From assembly GCA_963734275.1 (NCBI GenBank), contig CAVTGO010000006.1, positions 97,503 to 161,502 on the forward strand: DNA of 64,000 bases. Direction: 5' to 3'. Shown here in pieces: positions 1 through 8,808 of the stretch. The stretch comes from an uncultured Actinomycetes bacterium. Its GTDB lineage: Bacteria; Actinomycetota; UBA4738; HRBIN12. Numbering within the stretch: the stretch's first letter is position 1; the number at the start of each line of letters is the position of its first letter. Both the position numbers and the translations under genes were made by a program. Below the pieces are notes generated by a model that saw only the letters and a program-made list of their open reading frames with translations, searched no databases and was not told the DNA's origin.

Positions 1-478
1 CGTAGCCGAAGCCTCCCGAACCTCGCGGCTCGGTGACGAGCGTCCCCTCGCACACGCCGTCGGCGTGCAGCTCGCGCCCGTCGGGCCACGCGAGGGCGGC
101 GACGCAGCGATAGCGCGCCGTTCGGACCTCGGCGGGGATCGGCTCGATCGCCCGGATCAGCGCCGCCAGGTTCTCCTCGTCGGTCGCGCCCTCGCCCGCG
201 TAGCGCGCGGACCGCGGCCCCGGGGCGGCGTCGAGCGCGTCCACCTCGATCCCCGAGTCGTCCGCGAGCGCGGGCAGCTCGAGCGCCGCCGCCACGGCAC
301 GGGCCTTCTCGAGCGCGTTCCCGAAGTAGGTGTCGTAAGGCTCCTCGACGTCGGGCCACGGCCCATCGTTCGTGTGGATCGTCACCCACGCGACCGGCCA
401 GTCCGAGCAGATGCGCGCGATCTCGCGGAGCTTGTGCTCGTTCTTCGAGGCGATCGCCAGCCGCTCGGGGAACGGCAC
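1..478 (-). CDS. rdgB: dITP/XTP pyrophosphatase, RdgB/HAM1 family (3' end cut by window edge)
   Basis: Not in the ORF track because there is no stop in the window. Manual minus-strand translation from GTG at 476-478 gives VPFPERLAIASKNEHKLREI...LADDSGIEVDALDAAPGPRSARYAGEGATDEENL...GSGGFGY, which matches HAM1 motifs. It starts 3 nt after the rph stop, as in M. tuberculosis rphA-Rv1341. Confidence 0.8.
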   Translation of the reverse strand, partial: MPFPERLAIASKNEHKLREIARICSDWPVAWVTIHTNDGPWPDVEEPYDTYFGNALEKARAVAAALELPALADDSGIEVDALDAAPGPRSARYAGEGATDEENLAALIRAIEPIPAEVRTARYRCVAALAWPDGRELHADGVCEGTLVTEPRGSGGFGY

Positions 479-481
479 CGG

Positions 482-1201
482 CTAGCCGAGGACCTCGAGC
501 TGGAACTGCGTGAGCTGCTTGATCCCCCGCTCGGCCAGATCCAGCAGGGCGTCGAGGTCCGCTCGGGAGAACGGCTCGCCCTCGGCGGTGCCCTGGACCT
601 CGACGAGCCGACCCGATCCGGTGGTGACCACGTTGCAGTCGACCTCGGCGCCGGCGTCCTCCTCATAGGACAGGTCGAGCACCGGCTCGTCCCCCACGAT
701 GCCCACGCTCACGGCCGCGACCGTATCTGTGAGCAGGTCGGCCGGGGTCGCGCCCGCCTCGGCGAGCGAGCGCAGGGCGAGCGCGAGGGCGATGTAGCCC
801 GCCGTGATCGAGGCGCAGCGGGTCCCGGCGTCGGCGACCAGGACGTCGCAGTCCACCGTGATCGTTCGCTCGCCCAGGCGGGCGAGGTCGGTGACGCCGC
901 GGAGCGAGCGGCCGATCAGCCGCTGGATCTCCTGCGTGCGTCCGCTCGGGCGGCCACGGGTGACCTCACGGCGGGTGCGCTCGGCGGTGGCCCGAGGGAG
1001 CATCGAGTACTCGGCGGTGACCCAGCCCTTCCCGGTCCCCCGGAGCCAGCGCGGACCTTCCTCCTCGACGGTGGCGGCGACCAGCACCTTCGTCCGGCCC
1101 ATCGAGAACAGCACCGAGCCTTCAGCCCAGTCCTGGAAGCCGAGCTCGACCTCCATCGGGCGGAGCTCGTCCGAACGGCGCCCGTCGGGGCGCCCGCTCA
1201 C
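482..1201 (-). CDS. rph: ribonuclease PH
   Basis: This is the last 239 codons of track ORF 482..2170(-): [40 protein letters not shown]...[16 protein letters not shown]...[23 protein letters not shown]. The GTG at 1199-1201 overlaps the upstream stop (GTGA). The rest of the track ORF is out-of-frame read-through across the upstream MBL and murI genes. Confidence 0.95.
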   Translation of the reverse strand: MSGRPDGRRSDELRPMEVELGFQDWAEGSVLFSMGRTKVLVAATVEEEGPRWLRGTGKGWVTAEYSMLPRATAERTRREVTRGRPSGRTQEIQRLIGRSLRGVTDLARLGERTITVDCDVLVADAGTRCASITAGYIALALALRSLAEAGATPADLLTDTVAAVSVGIVGDEPVLDLSYEEDAGAEVDCNVVTTGSGRLVEVQGTAEGEPFSRADLDALLDLAERGIKQLTQFQLEVLG

Positions 1202-1950
1202 GAGCGGACCTCGAAGCTCTTGCCCTCGACCGCCGAGTCGACCGGCCCCGCGAACTCCTCGGCCGCCTGCGCCTTGGAGATCTCGTGATCGAGGGCCGGC
1301 CAGATGTGCGTGAGCACCAGCTTGCCGACCCCGGCCTCCCGCGCGTGTCTCGCGGCCTGACGCGAGGAGAGATGGAACGGCAATAGGTCGTCCCGGTCCT
1401 GCCACGTGGCCTCGGACAGGAACAGGTCGGCGTCGCGCGCGAGCTCCTCGACGTGGTGCGACGGCCCGGTGTCGCCCGTGTACGCGAGCACCTGCCCGTC
1501 GGTCTGGAGGCGGAACCCCAGGGCGGGCAGGCCGAGGTGCACCATCGGCTCGGTCTTCACGCGGAACGGGCCGATCTCGAAACCGTCGCCGGGCGCGATC
1601 TCGGTGAACGCGAAGGCGGTCCGCATCACGACCTGTGAGTCGATCGAGACGATGTCGGCGAGCTTCTGCGTGAAGTCGGTCGGGACGAAGACAGGGAGAC
1701 CGGGCCGGCCGAGCTCGCCGTAGTGCCACGCGTAGAAGCAGGGGTACAGGTCGACGAAGTGGTCCGGGTGCTCGTGCGAGATGACGATCGCGTCGAGGTC
1801 GGGGATGTCGATGTGCCGCTGGAGGTTGGCGAGCGTCCCGGTCCCGGCGTCCATCCACAGGTTGAACCCGTCGTGGCGGATCAGGTACCCGCTCGTGGCG
1901 GTCCCCGCCGTGGGCCAGGTGCCGCTCGAGCCCAGGATCGTCAGCTCCAC
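1198..1950 (-). CDS. MBL-fold metallo-hydrolase, Rv1339-like (atypical cyclic-nucleotide phosphodiesterase family)
   Basis: Track ORF of 250 aa with the HxHxDH motif (ISHEHPDHF), LAYTGDTG and LVLTHIWP. Its position between murI and rph equals that of M. tuberculosis Rv1339. Confidence 0.8.
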   Translation of the reverse strand: MELTILGSSGTWPTAGTATSGYLIRHDGFNLWMDAGTGTLANLQRHIDIPDLDAIVISHEHPDHFVDLYPCFYAWHYGELGRPGLPVFVPTDFTQKLADIVSIDSQVVMRTAFAFTEIAPGDGFEIGPFRVKTEPMVHLGLPALGFRLQTDGQVLAYTGDTGPSHHVEELARDADLFLSEATWQDRDDLLPFHLSSRQAARHAREAGVGKLVLTHIWPALDHEISKAQAAEEFAGPVDSAVEGKSFEVRS

Positions 1951-2777
1951 GAGACCCCTTCGACCTGCGGCACCGCGACCGGCCGAACGCCGCCCACCTG
2001 CGGGCCGAGGAACCGGTGGGCGATGTCACGGAACCGCCCGGGGTCGCCCGTCGTGAGGAACGCGTGCTCGGGCTCGGTCGGGTCGTCGCGGTCGTCGCGT
2101 AGGAGCGCGCCTTCGACCAGCCCGGCGTACACGTCCTTGGCCGTCTCTTCCGCCGACGAAACCAGCACAACCTCCTCCCCCATCACGAGCCGGATCAGGC
2201 CGGAGAGCATCGGGTAGTGCGTGCACCCGAGGATGAGGGTGTCGATGCCTTCGTCCTTCAGCGGCACAAGATACTCCCGCGCGAGGCCGAGCAACTCGTC
2301 GCTGGACGTATCGCCGCGCTCGACGTACCCGACGAAGGCCGGGCAGGCCCTGGATACGAGCCGCACGCCTGCCCCCGTGGCCTCGACCGAGCGCTCGTAC
2401 GCGCCGCTATCCACGGTCGCCTCGGTGCCGATCATCCCGATCCGGCCGTTGCGGGTAGCGTGCACGGCCGCCCGCGCGCCGGGGTCGATCACGCCGACCA
2501 CCGGCACGCCGTGGGCCTGCGTGACGTCGGCGATCGCCGCCACCTCGATCGAGTTGCACGCGACGACGAGCATCTTCACGTCGCGGGATATCAGCTCCTC
2601 CGCGAGCTCCAAGCCGAACCGCCGGATCTCCTCGACGGGACGCGCGCCGTACGGGAACCGACCGTTGTCGCCGAGGTACAGGAGCGGCTCGCGCGGCAAC
2701 AGATCCAAGATCGCGCGGGCGACGGTCAGACCGCCGACGCCGGAGTCGAACACGCCGATCGGCCGCGGATCGCTCAT
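1941..2777 (-). CDS. murI: glutamate racemase
   Basis: Track ORF of 278 aa: [41 protein letters not shown]. Confidence 0.95.
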   Translation of the reverse strand: MSDPRPIGVFDSGVGGLTVARAILDLLPREPLLYLGDNGRFPYGARPVEEIRRFGLELAEELISRDVKMLVVACNSIEVAAIADVTQAHGVPVVGVIDPGARAAVHATRNGRIGMIGTEATVDSGAYERSVEATGAGVRLVSRACPAFVGYVERGDTSSDELLGLAREYLVPLKDEGIDTLILGCTHYPMLSGLIRLVMGEEVVLVSSAEETAKDVYAGLVEGALLRDDRDDPTEPEHAFLTTGDPGRFRDIAHRFLGPQVGGVRPVAVPQVEGVSWS

Positions 2778-2781
2778 CCGA

Positions 2782-3714
2782 CTACCACCACAGGGACTCC
2801 GAGACGCCCTTCTCCGCCCGATCGAGCTCGGGCGCCCAGGCCTCGGTGGACAGGTATTTCCATCCCCCGTCCGGGAGCAGGCAGACGACCTCCGCCCGGT
2901 CGAGCTCGGCGGCGATCCGCAGGGCGACGTGCAGGACGGCGCCCGACGAGATCCCAGCGAACACGCCCTCGCGCTCCGTGAGGGCGCGCGTGGCGCGCAC
3001 CGAGTCCGACGAGCTCACGAGGAACTTCCGGTCGAGCACGCCCTCGTCCAGGATGGGCGGGACGAACCCGTCGTCGAGCGATCGGAGCCCGTAGACGAGG
3101 TCGCCGAGCTCCGGCTCGGCCGCGACGATCTCGATCGCGGGATCGTGCCGGTGCAGCCGGCGCCCGACACCGGTGAGCGTGCCCCCGGTGCCGAGCCCCG
3201 CCACGAAATGCGTTATCTCGGGCAGGTCGCGGACGATCTCCTCGCCGGTCCCTTCCTCGTGCGCCAGCGGGTTGGCGGGGTTCCCGTACTGGAACGGCAT
3301 GAAGTACCGGTCGTCCGCCGCCAGCCGCCGCGCCACCTCGATCGAACCGTTCGTCCCCTTGTCGCCTGGCGAGTAGACGATCTCGGCGCCGAACAGCTCG
3401 AGCAGGCGGATCCGCTCCTCGCTGGCGTTGTCGGGGATCACGACGGTGAGCCGGTAGCCCTTTCGCCGGGCCACCATCGCGAGCGAGATGCCCGTGTTGC
3501 CCGATGTCGGCTCCAGGATCGTCTTGTCGGCGGTCAGCTCACCAGAGGCCTCGGCGACCTCGATCATCTTCTTCGCGATCCGGTCCTTGGTTGAGCCCGT
3601 CGGGTTCTGACCCTCGAGCTTGGCCCACAGGTGCACGCCGGGTTCGGGGCTCATGCGAGACAGGCCGACGAGCGGTGTGTTGCCGATGGCGTCCAGGATG
3701 TCGGCGTAGCGCAC
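2782..3714 (-). CDS. cysM: CysO-dependent cysteine synthase (O-phosphoserine sulfhydrylase type CysM)
   Basis: Track ORF of 310 aa: GNTPLVGL, LEGQNPTGSTKDR, EPTSGNTGISLAM, FQYGNPANP, ITHFVAGLGTGGTL, GWKYLST, ending LWW. It closely resembles the remembered M. tuberculosis CysM (Rv1336). Confidence 0.9.
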   Translation of the reverse strand: MRYADILDAIGNTPLVGLSRMSPEPGVHLWAKLEGQNPTGSTKDRIAKKMIEVAEASGELTADKTILEPTSGNTGISLAMVARRKGYRLTVVIPDNASEERIRLLELFGAEIVYSPGDKGTNGSIEVARRLAADDRYFMPFQYGNPANPLAHEEGTGEEIVRDLPEITHFVAGLGTGGTLTGVGRRLHRHDPAIEIVAAEPELGDLVYGLRSLDDGFVPPILDEGVLDRKFLVSSSDSVRATRALTEREGVFAGISSGAVLHVALRIAAELDRAEVVCLLPDGGWKYLSTEAWAPELDRAEKGVSESLWW

Positions 3715-3722
3715 GGGGTTGG

Positions 3723-3728
3723 ATTATC
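3723..3728 (-). promoter_or_regulatory. possible -10 element (GATAAT) 8 nt upstream of the cysM GTG, which would give a near-leaderless cysM transcript
   Basis: The minus strand reads ...gcGATAATccaaccccGTGcgc. No Shine-Dalgarno is visible before the GTG at 3714, and the site lies just downstream of the hairpin at 3742-3769. Confidence 0.25.
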
Positions 3729-3741
3729 GCAGCCGGGAAGC

Positions 3742-3769
3742 GAGGGGCCCGGCCGAAGCCGGGCCCCTC
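3742..3769 (-). terminator. GC-rich hairpin terminator candidate after the S8 protease gene
   Basis: Perfect 12-bp stem gaggggcccggc/gccgggcccctc. The 4-nt loop reads UUCG on the minus-strand transcript. The hairpin starts 19 nt after the subtilase stop and has no U-tract. Confidence 0.6.
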
Positions 3770-3787
3770 TCCTGTGGCTTAGCACCG

Positions 3788-6700
3788 CTACGTGCCGGTC
3801 GTCACCACCGTGCCCATGTCGCCGGGCGTGTTGTTGGGGAACACGACGAGGATGCCGGGATCGTCGCCGGCCGCCGCCGAACCCACCGACACGTCGACAT
3901 CGCCCTCGGGCCCCTTCCAGAACCCTCCAACGACCTGGTTGCCGAACACGAGCGCCGGGTCGGTCACGTCGAGCGTCGGCACGTAGCCGGTATCCGGGTC
4001 GACGTCGCCCGCTACGTCGCACGTGGACTCGGGCACGTCGCCCGCGAACACGCCGGTGCACGAGACCACCTGGTACGACAGGGCGTGTTGGCCGTTCGTG
4101 AGGCCGAGCGCTCCCGCGTCCACCGGGAGCCCGACCAGGTCCGAGTTGTAGATCGAGTAGTGCGCGAAGTACGTCGCGTCGCACGCCTCGAACGTGCTCG
4201 GCAGGTCGAACAGGCACACCGTCCCGCCCGAACCCGTCCCCGGGAGGAGGATCAGCATCGCGTCCGCGCCGATCGTGTCGTCCGAGAAGTTGCCGTCGGC
4301 GCCGACGTCGATCAGGACATCCACCTCCTGGGTGTCGGAGTTGTTGTGCGGGTCGTGGCTCTGCACGACGAACTCGATCAGCTCGGTCGGCTCGTCCACC
4401 TGCGTGACGAACTCGAGGAACGTGAGCCCCGCGAGCGGGTCCGTTCCCTCGGGCAGTCCCTCGGCCACGCCGTCGACCTGCGCGCCCACGAACGTGCGGG
4501 CCCCGATCGCCGCGATGTCGGCCTCGCCGCCGATGTCCTCCGGGCTCGTCGCTCCGAGCAGGTAGAGGTCGGCGTAGTTCAAGCCGAACCCGCCTTCCAC
4601 GATGGGGAGCACACCGGCACCGCCGGTGAGGTCGAGGTTGCCGACCCCGACGTCGGTGTCTGCGGTGGCCAGCGCCGACGCGTGCCACGGCACGTGGAAG
4701 GCGTCGTCCTTGCCGTCGGTCTGGACGATGTTCACGTTGCCGTCCACGTTCGGGTTGAAGTAGTACCAGCCGTACAACTGCTGCCACTTCGGCACGCTAT
4801 CGGGATCCAGGGTCACCTCGATGAAGATCGAGGCCTTCCTGCCGCCCTTCAGCGTGAAGGTGCGCGAGTCCGCGAGCTGCTCGTCACCCACCGCCACCTG
4901 CACGCTCGCGAACCTGGGCGAGAAGTCGGTGTACCTGACGTCCGCGCTCACCTCGTACGTGTGGGTGACGCTGTCCAGGTTCCGAAGCGTGACCTTCTTC
5001 ACCATCGTGGTGAAGTCCGAGACGGCGCTCAGACCGAACGACAGGCTGCCCGGCGTCGCGAGGTTGTGCGTCGTCGCCGACTCGAACGCTTGGACCCGTC
5101 CCGATCCGAAGACCGTCGCGGGAACCGGCCCCGTGCCGTCGAGGTTGGTCACGTCCTGGGTCGCCTGGTTCATGATCACGGCCTTGATCCGCGCCGGGCT
5201 CCAGCCCGGATGGATCTGCCGCAGGAGTGCCGCGACGCCGGAGATGTGCGGGGCCGCCATCGAGGTGCCTGAGAACGTCGCCGACCCGTCACCCGTGCCG
5301 CCGTCCGCGGACGTGATGTCCGAGCCGGGAGCGGCGATGTCGGGCTTCAGCTTGTTAGTGATCCGCGCCGGACCCTCGGAGCTGAAGTCCACCATCCGGT
5401 CCTCGTAGCCGGGGATCAGGGCTCCCTCGGCGCCGAGGGTGACGTTGACCGACCCCTCGTTCCACGACGCGGGCGCATTCGGGCTGAGCACCGCGGCGAT
5501 CGCTGCGCTGTCGGCGCCCGACAGGTCCACGGACGGGATCGTCACGGATGCCGCGCTCTCGCCGGGCGCGATCTGTGCCGGGAGCCCGCCGAAGCCGTCC
5601 CAGATGACCACGGCGACGGCGCCCGCCTCTTGGGCATTCAAGACCTTGTCGTCCACCAGGCAGTCGCCGGCCCCGAACGGTCCCTTGAAGACCAGCACGA
5701 TGAGCCCGGCGAACGGGGTCCCCGACACGGGGTCGCACAGGATCTGATCGGTGGGTGCGGGATCTCCGGTCGGGTCGGCCGGCGGGTCGAACTCGCGCGC
5801 GTCGATCAGGTCGCCCGTGAGGTCGGCGTCGAGCGGCGGACCCCAGTCCTGCGTCACGATCGGTCCGCCGTCGGGCAGCTCGAGGTCCGCCGGATCGTTG
5901 ACGGTGAGCTTCTGAGCCACGAACTCGTCGATCGAGGCCGCCACGGCGATCACCCCAGGTGCGCTCGCCGGCGTTCCGCCGATGTACCCGGAGCCCCCTG
6001 CGGGCTGGTTACCCGAGTTGCCCTGCGAGGCCACGAACACGGTGCCGCCGTCCACGACGGCCTGCGCCGCCTGGGCCTCGAGGGAGCTCGGCGGACCGTA
6101 GTCGACGCCGCCGGAGAAGCTCAGCACGTCGACGGCGTCGTTCGTGCTGCCGTCCTGGTTCGGGTCCATCGCGAACTCGTAGCCGGCGACCAGCACGTCG
6201 GCGGTGGAGCTGCCGCTGTGCCAGACCTTGACGGCGACGATCTTCGCCTTCGGCGCCACGCCGGCGCCGATGATCCCGGACACGCCCACACCGCAGCAGG
6301 TGCCGGCGACGTGCGTGCCGTGGTCCCCGTCGATCGCGTCGTCGAGCGGGTCGGGGTCGGGCACGGGGACGTCGTTGGTGGCGTCGTCGTCGAGCACGTC
6401 GTAGTTGCCACCGACGAGGTCGATCCCGGCGATCACCTTGTTCGTCGGGAACGAGTCTGGCTCGATCACCGTTGGATCGTTGGCCTCGTAGGCCGCGACC
6501 GTCCCGGCGCCGTTGAAGTCTGCGTGCGTGTAGTCCACGCCGGTGTCGACAACGGCCACCACGATGCCCTTGCCGTCCACCCCGAGCTTGTTCACGACCT
6601 TCGTGCCGCCGATGAACGGCACGCTCGTCTCGTTGGTCCGGGTGACGATCGAGACCGGCTCGACCATCCGCACGTCGGGGCGCCGAGCGAGCTCCGCAGC

Positions 6701-7060
6701 CGCGGACGCGCTGAGCTCGACCGAGAAGGCGTTCACGAGTCGCGTGTAGCGGAAGATCACGTGACCGCCGAGCGACTCGGCCTGGCCGATCGCGCCGGCC
6801 TGCGAGCGAAGGACGTCGGCCGCGGCGGCGCGCTGCGCGTTTGGTGCGAGGCGACCCTGGTCGAGCACGGTTTGGCCCTCGAGCTGGACGAAGTACCGTC
6901 CGCTGCGGTCGAGCCGGGTGACTGCCGGCCGGAACCCGTCGGGCAACTGGAAACGCTCCGTCCTGGATGCCCTCCGCCCGGCATCCGGCGCGGCGAGCGC
7001 CGGAACCGACAGGACGACCAGGACGACGAGCACGGATGCACATGCGGCACGGAAACGCAT
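3788..7060 (-). CDS. secreted subtilisin-like serine protease (S8) with I9-like propeptide, PA-domain insert and long C-terminal extension
   Basis: Track ORF of 1090 aa. Signal peptide MRFRAACASVLVVLVVLSVPALAAP. Catalytic D (VAVVDTGVDYTH), H (DGDHGTHVAGT) and S (SGTSMAAPHISG). The SD sequence GAGGGAGGG lies upstream of the ATG at 7060. Confidence 0.9.
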   Translation of the reverse strand: MRFRAACASVLVVLVVLSVPALAAPDAGRRASRTERFQLPDGFRPAVTRLDRSGRYFVQLEGQTVLDQGRLAPNAQRAAAADVLRSQAGAIGQAESLGGHVIFRYTRLVNAFSVELSASAAAELARRPDVRMVEPVSIVTRTNETSVPFIGGTKVVNKLGVDGKGIVVAVVDTGVDYTHADFNGAGTVAAYEANDPTVIEPDSFPTNKVIAGIDLVGGNYDVLDDDATNDVPVPDPDPLDDAIDGDHGTHVAGTCCGVGVSGIIGAGVAPKAKIVAVKVWHSGSSTADVLVAGYEFAMDPNQDGSTNDAVDVLSFSGGVDYGPPSSLEAQAAQAVVDGGTVFVASQGNSGNQPAGGSGYIGGTPASAPGVIAVAASIDEFVAQKLTVNDPADLELPDGGPIVTQDWGPPLDADLTGDLIDAREFDPPADPTGDPAPTDQILCDPVSGTPFAGLIVLVFKGPFGAGDCLVDDKVLNAQEAGAVAVVIWDGFGGLPAQIAPGESAASVTIPSVDLSGADSAAIAAVLSPNAPASWNEGSVNVTLGAEGALIPGYEDRMVDFSSEGPARITNKLKPDIAAPGSDITSADGGTGDGSATFSGTSMAAPHISGVAALLRQIHPGWSPARIKAVIMNQATQDVTNLDGTGPVPATVFGSGRVQAFESATTHNLATPGSLSFGLSAVSDFTTMVKKVTLRNLDSVTHTYEVSADVRYTDFSPRFASVQVAVGDEQLADSRTFTLKGGRKASIFIEVTLDPDSVPKWQQLYGWYYFNPNVDGNVNIVQTDGKDDAFHVPWHASALATADTDVGVGNLDLTGGAGVLPIVEGGFGLNYADLYLLGATSPEDIGGEADIAAIGARTFVGAQVDGVAEGLPEGTDPLAGLTFLEFVTQVDEPTELIEFVVQSHDPHNNSDTQEVDVLIDVGADGNFSDDTIGADAMLILLPGTGSGGTVCLFDLPSTFEACDATYFAHYSIYNSDLVGLPVDAGALGLTNGQHALSYQVVSCTGVFAGDVPESTCDVAGDVDPDTGYVPTLDVTDPALVFGNQVVGGFWKGPEGDVDVSVGSAAAGDDPGILVVFPNNTPGDMGTVVTTGT

Positions 7061-7166
7061 CGCGCGCGACCCTCCCTCTCTTCGGACCTCGCGCTGCTGC
7101 GCGTGGGGGCAAGAGCCTACCCCTCCGAGGAGCCTAGGCGCGACCCGTCTCCGGCGACGGTCCGGT

Positions 7167-7191
7167 GGGCGTCCCGGCCTGCCGGACGCCC
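7167..7191 (-). terminator. hairpin terminator candidate after cysO
   Basis: 8-bp stem gggcgtcc/ggacgccc with a 9-nt loop, starting 37 nt downstream of the cysO stop on the minus strand. Confidence 0.4.
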
Positions 7192-7227
7192 AGATCGGAT
7201 CGACCTAGCGCGGTGGTGAGGCGGTCG

Positions 7228-7509
7228 TCACCGGATCCCGCCGGCGACGGCAGGCAGGATCGAGACGGTGTCGCCGTCTTTCACCTCGGTCTCGAGCGAG
7301 CCGAGGTACCGCACGTCCTCGTCGTTCACGTAGACGTTGACGAAGCGGTGCAGGGCGCCGTCCTCGGTCACGACGTTCTTGGTGATGCCGGGGTACCGTG
7401 ACTCGAGGTCGGCGAGCAACTCGCGCAGGGTGCCGCCCTCTGCGTCCACGCGAGGCTCGCCGTCGGCGTGCTTGCGCAGGATCGTCGGGAGCTTCACCAG
7501 GACGGGCAT
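7228..7509 (-). CDS. cysO: MoaD/ThiS-fold sulfur-carrier protein (CysO-like) with C-terminal GG-IR tail
   Basis: Track ORF of 93 aa, MPVLVKLPTILRKHADGE...DGDTVSILPAVAGGIR. Size and beta-grasp pattern fit a carrier, and AGGAGA lies upstream of the ATG. It is flanked by E1 and JAMM genes, with cysM downstream. Confidence 0.8.
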   Translation of the reverse strand: MPVLVKLPTILRKHADGEPRVDAEGGTLRELLADLESRYPGITKNVVTEDGALHRFVNVYVNDEDVRYLGSLETEVKDGDTVSILPAVAGGIR

Positions 7510-7528
7510 CGGTCGTCTCCTGTCTCTG

Positions 7529-8383
7529 TCAGCGGGTGGACACGCCGTGCTCGGCTTCGGAGGGCACGCCTCCCGAGGGGATCCCGCAGAACGCGTCGTA
7601 GTCGATCAGCTCGGTGATGCTCGGCTCCTTGCCGCAGACGGGGCAATCCGCGTCCCAGCGCACCTTCACGGTCTGGAAGTCCATCTGGAGCGCGTCGAAG
7701 ATCAGCAGCCGCCCGATCAGCGGGTCGCCCTTTCCGGTGATCAGCTTCACGGCCTCGGTGGCCTGGATGCATCCGACGATGCCCGGCAGCACGCCGAACA
7801 CGCCGCCCTCGGCACAGCTCGGCACCGTGCCGGGCGGCGGGGGCTGCGGGAACAAGCAGCGGTAGCAGGGTGCGTCCGGCCCCGGCATGAACACGGTCAC
7901 CTGGCCGTCCCACTGGTAGATCGAGCCGTAGACGAGAGGCTTGCCGAGGAACTGCGTCGCGTCGTTCACGAGGTAGCGGACGGGGAAGTTGTCGGTGCCG
8001 TCCACGACGACGTCCCACGGCTCGAGGACCTCGAAGGCGTTCTGCGACGTGAGGATCGCGTCGTACGGCACGACCTCGATCGTCGGGTTGATCTGGCGGA
8101 GGCGGTCGACCGCGCTGTCCACCTTCAGGCGTCCGATGTCGGCGGTCGAGTGGATGATCTGACGCTGCAGGTTGGACTCGTCCACGCGGTCGAAGTCCAC
8201 GATGCCGAGCGTGCCCACGCCTGCGGCGGCCAAGTACATCGCCACCGGCGACCCGAGCCCCCCGGCGCCGATGCAGAGCACCTTCGCGTCCAGGAGCTTG
8301 CGCTGACCGTCGCCCCCGATCCCCGGCAGGATGATGTGCCGCGCATACCGGCGCACCTGTTCCTCGGTGAACGGCTCGCTCAT
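7529..8383 (-). CDS. ThiF/MoeB-family E1-like adenylyltransferase (no rhodanese domain)
   Basis: This is the last 284 codons of track ORF 7529..8929(-): MSEPFTEEQVRRYARHIILPGIGGDGQRKL...CIGAGGLGSP...DFDRVDESNLQRQ, with Zn motifs CYRC and CPVC and SCAEGGVFG. The ATG at 8381-8383 overlaps the mec stop (ATGA). Confidence 0.9.
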   Translation of the reverse strand: MSEPFTEEQVRRYARHIILPGIGGDGQRKLLDAKVLCIGAGGLGSPVAMYLAAAGVGTLGIVDFDRVDESNLQRQIIHSTADIGRLKVDSAVDRLRQINPTIEVVPYDAILTSQNAFEVLEPWDVVVDGTDNFPVRYLVNDATQFLGKPLVYGSIYQWDGQVTVFMPGPDAPCYRCLFPQPPPPGTVPSCAEGGVFGVLPGIVGCIQATEAVKLITGKGDPLIGRLLIFDALQMDFQTVKVRWDADCPVCGKEPSITELIDYDAFCGIPSGGVPSEAEHGVSTR

Positions 8384-8778
8384 GCGACGGTCAACTCCTC
8401 CTCGGCGACTTCGCCGTCCTCGATCCGGAAGCCCCGCAGGACGGGGTTCGCGCGATCCGACAGGGACATCACCAGGTAGTGCGCCTCGGGATAGAACGCC
8501 TGCTTGCGATCCGTGTCCGACGGGAAGGCCTCCGAGTGCGTGTGCGTGTGGAAGATCCCGACGAGCTCCCAGCCCTCGTCGTCCATCTCGTCGAACGCGA
8601 CGAGCTGCTCCTTCGGGTCCAGTCGGTAGGTGACGGGGCTCGCGTCCGCGTTGGTCATCGGGAAGAACTTCACGGGACGGCCCTCCTTGCCCGCCAACAG
8701 TCCGCACGCCTCGTTGGGGAACGCGGCCAGGCCGTGCTCCACCATCTCGTCGAAGAAGCCGCGGTCGATCTGGATCAC
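8380..8778 (-). CDS. mec: JAMM/MPN+ metalloprotease (Mec-like)
   Basis: Track ORF of 132 aa with E (NEACGLL) and the JAMM motif HTHTHSEAFPSDTD. GTG start at 8776-8778. Confidence 0.85.
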   Translation of the reverse strand: MIQIDRGFFDEMVEHGLAAFPNEACGLLAGKEGRPVKFFPMTNADASPVTYRLDPKEQLVAFDEMDDEGWELVGIFHTHTHSEAFPSDTDRKQAFYPEAHYLVMSLSDRANPVLRGFRIEDGEVAEEELTVA

Positions 8779-8808
8779 TGCAGGTGCAACAACTGTAGCA
8801 GCGGGTCC

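Noticed and set aside
65-1288. A 407-aa plus-strand ORF opposite rdgB/rph. Similar long antisense or out-of-frame ORFs occur elsewhere (e.g. 3719..5272+, 5630..7219+, 8479..10122+, 9924..11531+, 25346..27460+).
   Set aside because: The translations are Arg/Gly/Pro/Ala/Asp-rich low-complexity strings without motifs. They lie exactly opposite genes with clear family signatures. This is the typical shadow-ORF effect of 70% GC DNA.
7228-8778. I considered E1 + JAMM + ubiquitin-like protein as a Bil-type or other ubiquitin-like conjugation (anti-phage) system.
   Set aside because: No E2-like or target-recognition gene is present. The Ubl is a small MoaD/ThiS-type carrier. cysM lies downstream, and the synteny with M. 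tuberculosis mec-cysO-cysM favours a sulfur-carrier (biosynthetic) role.
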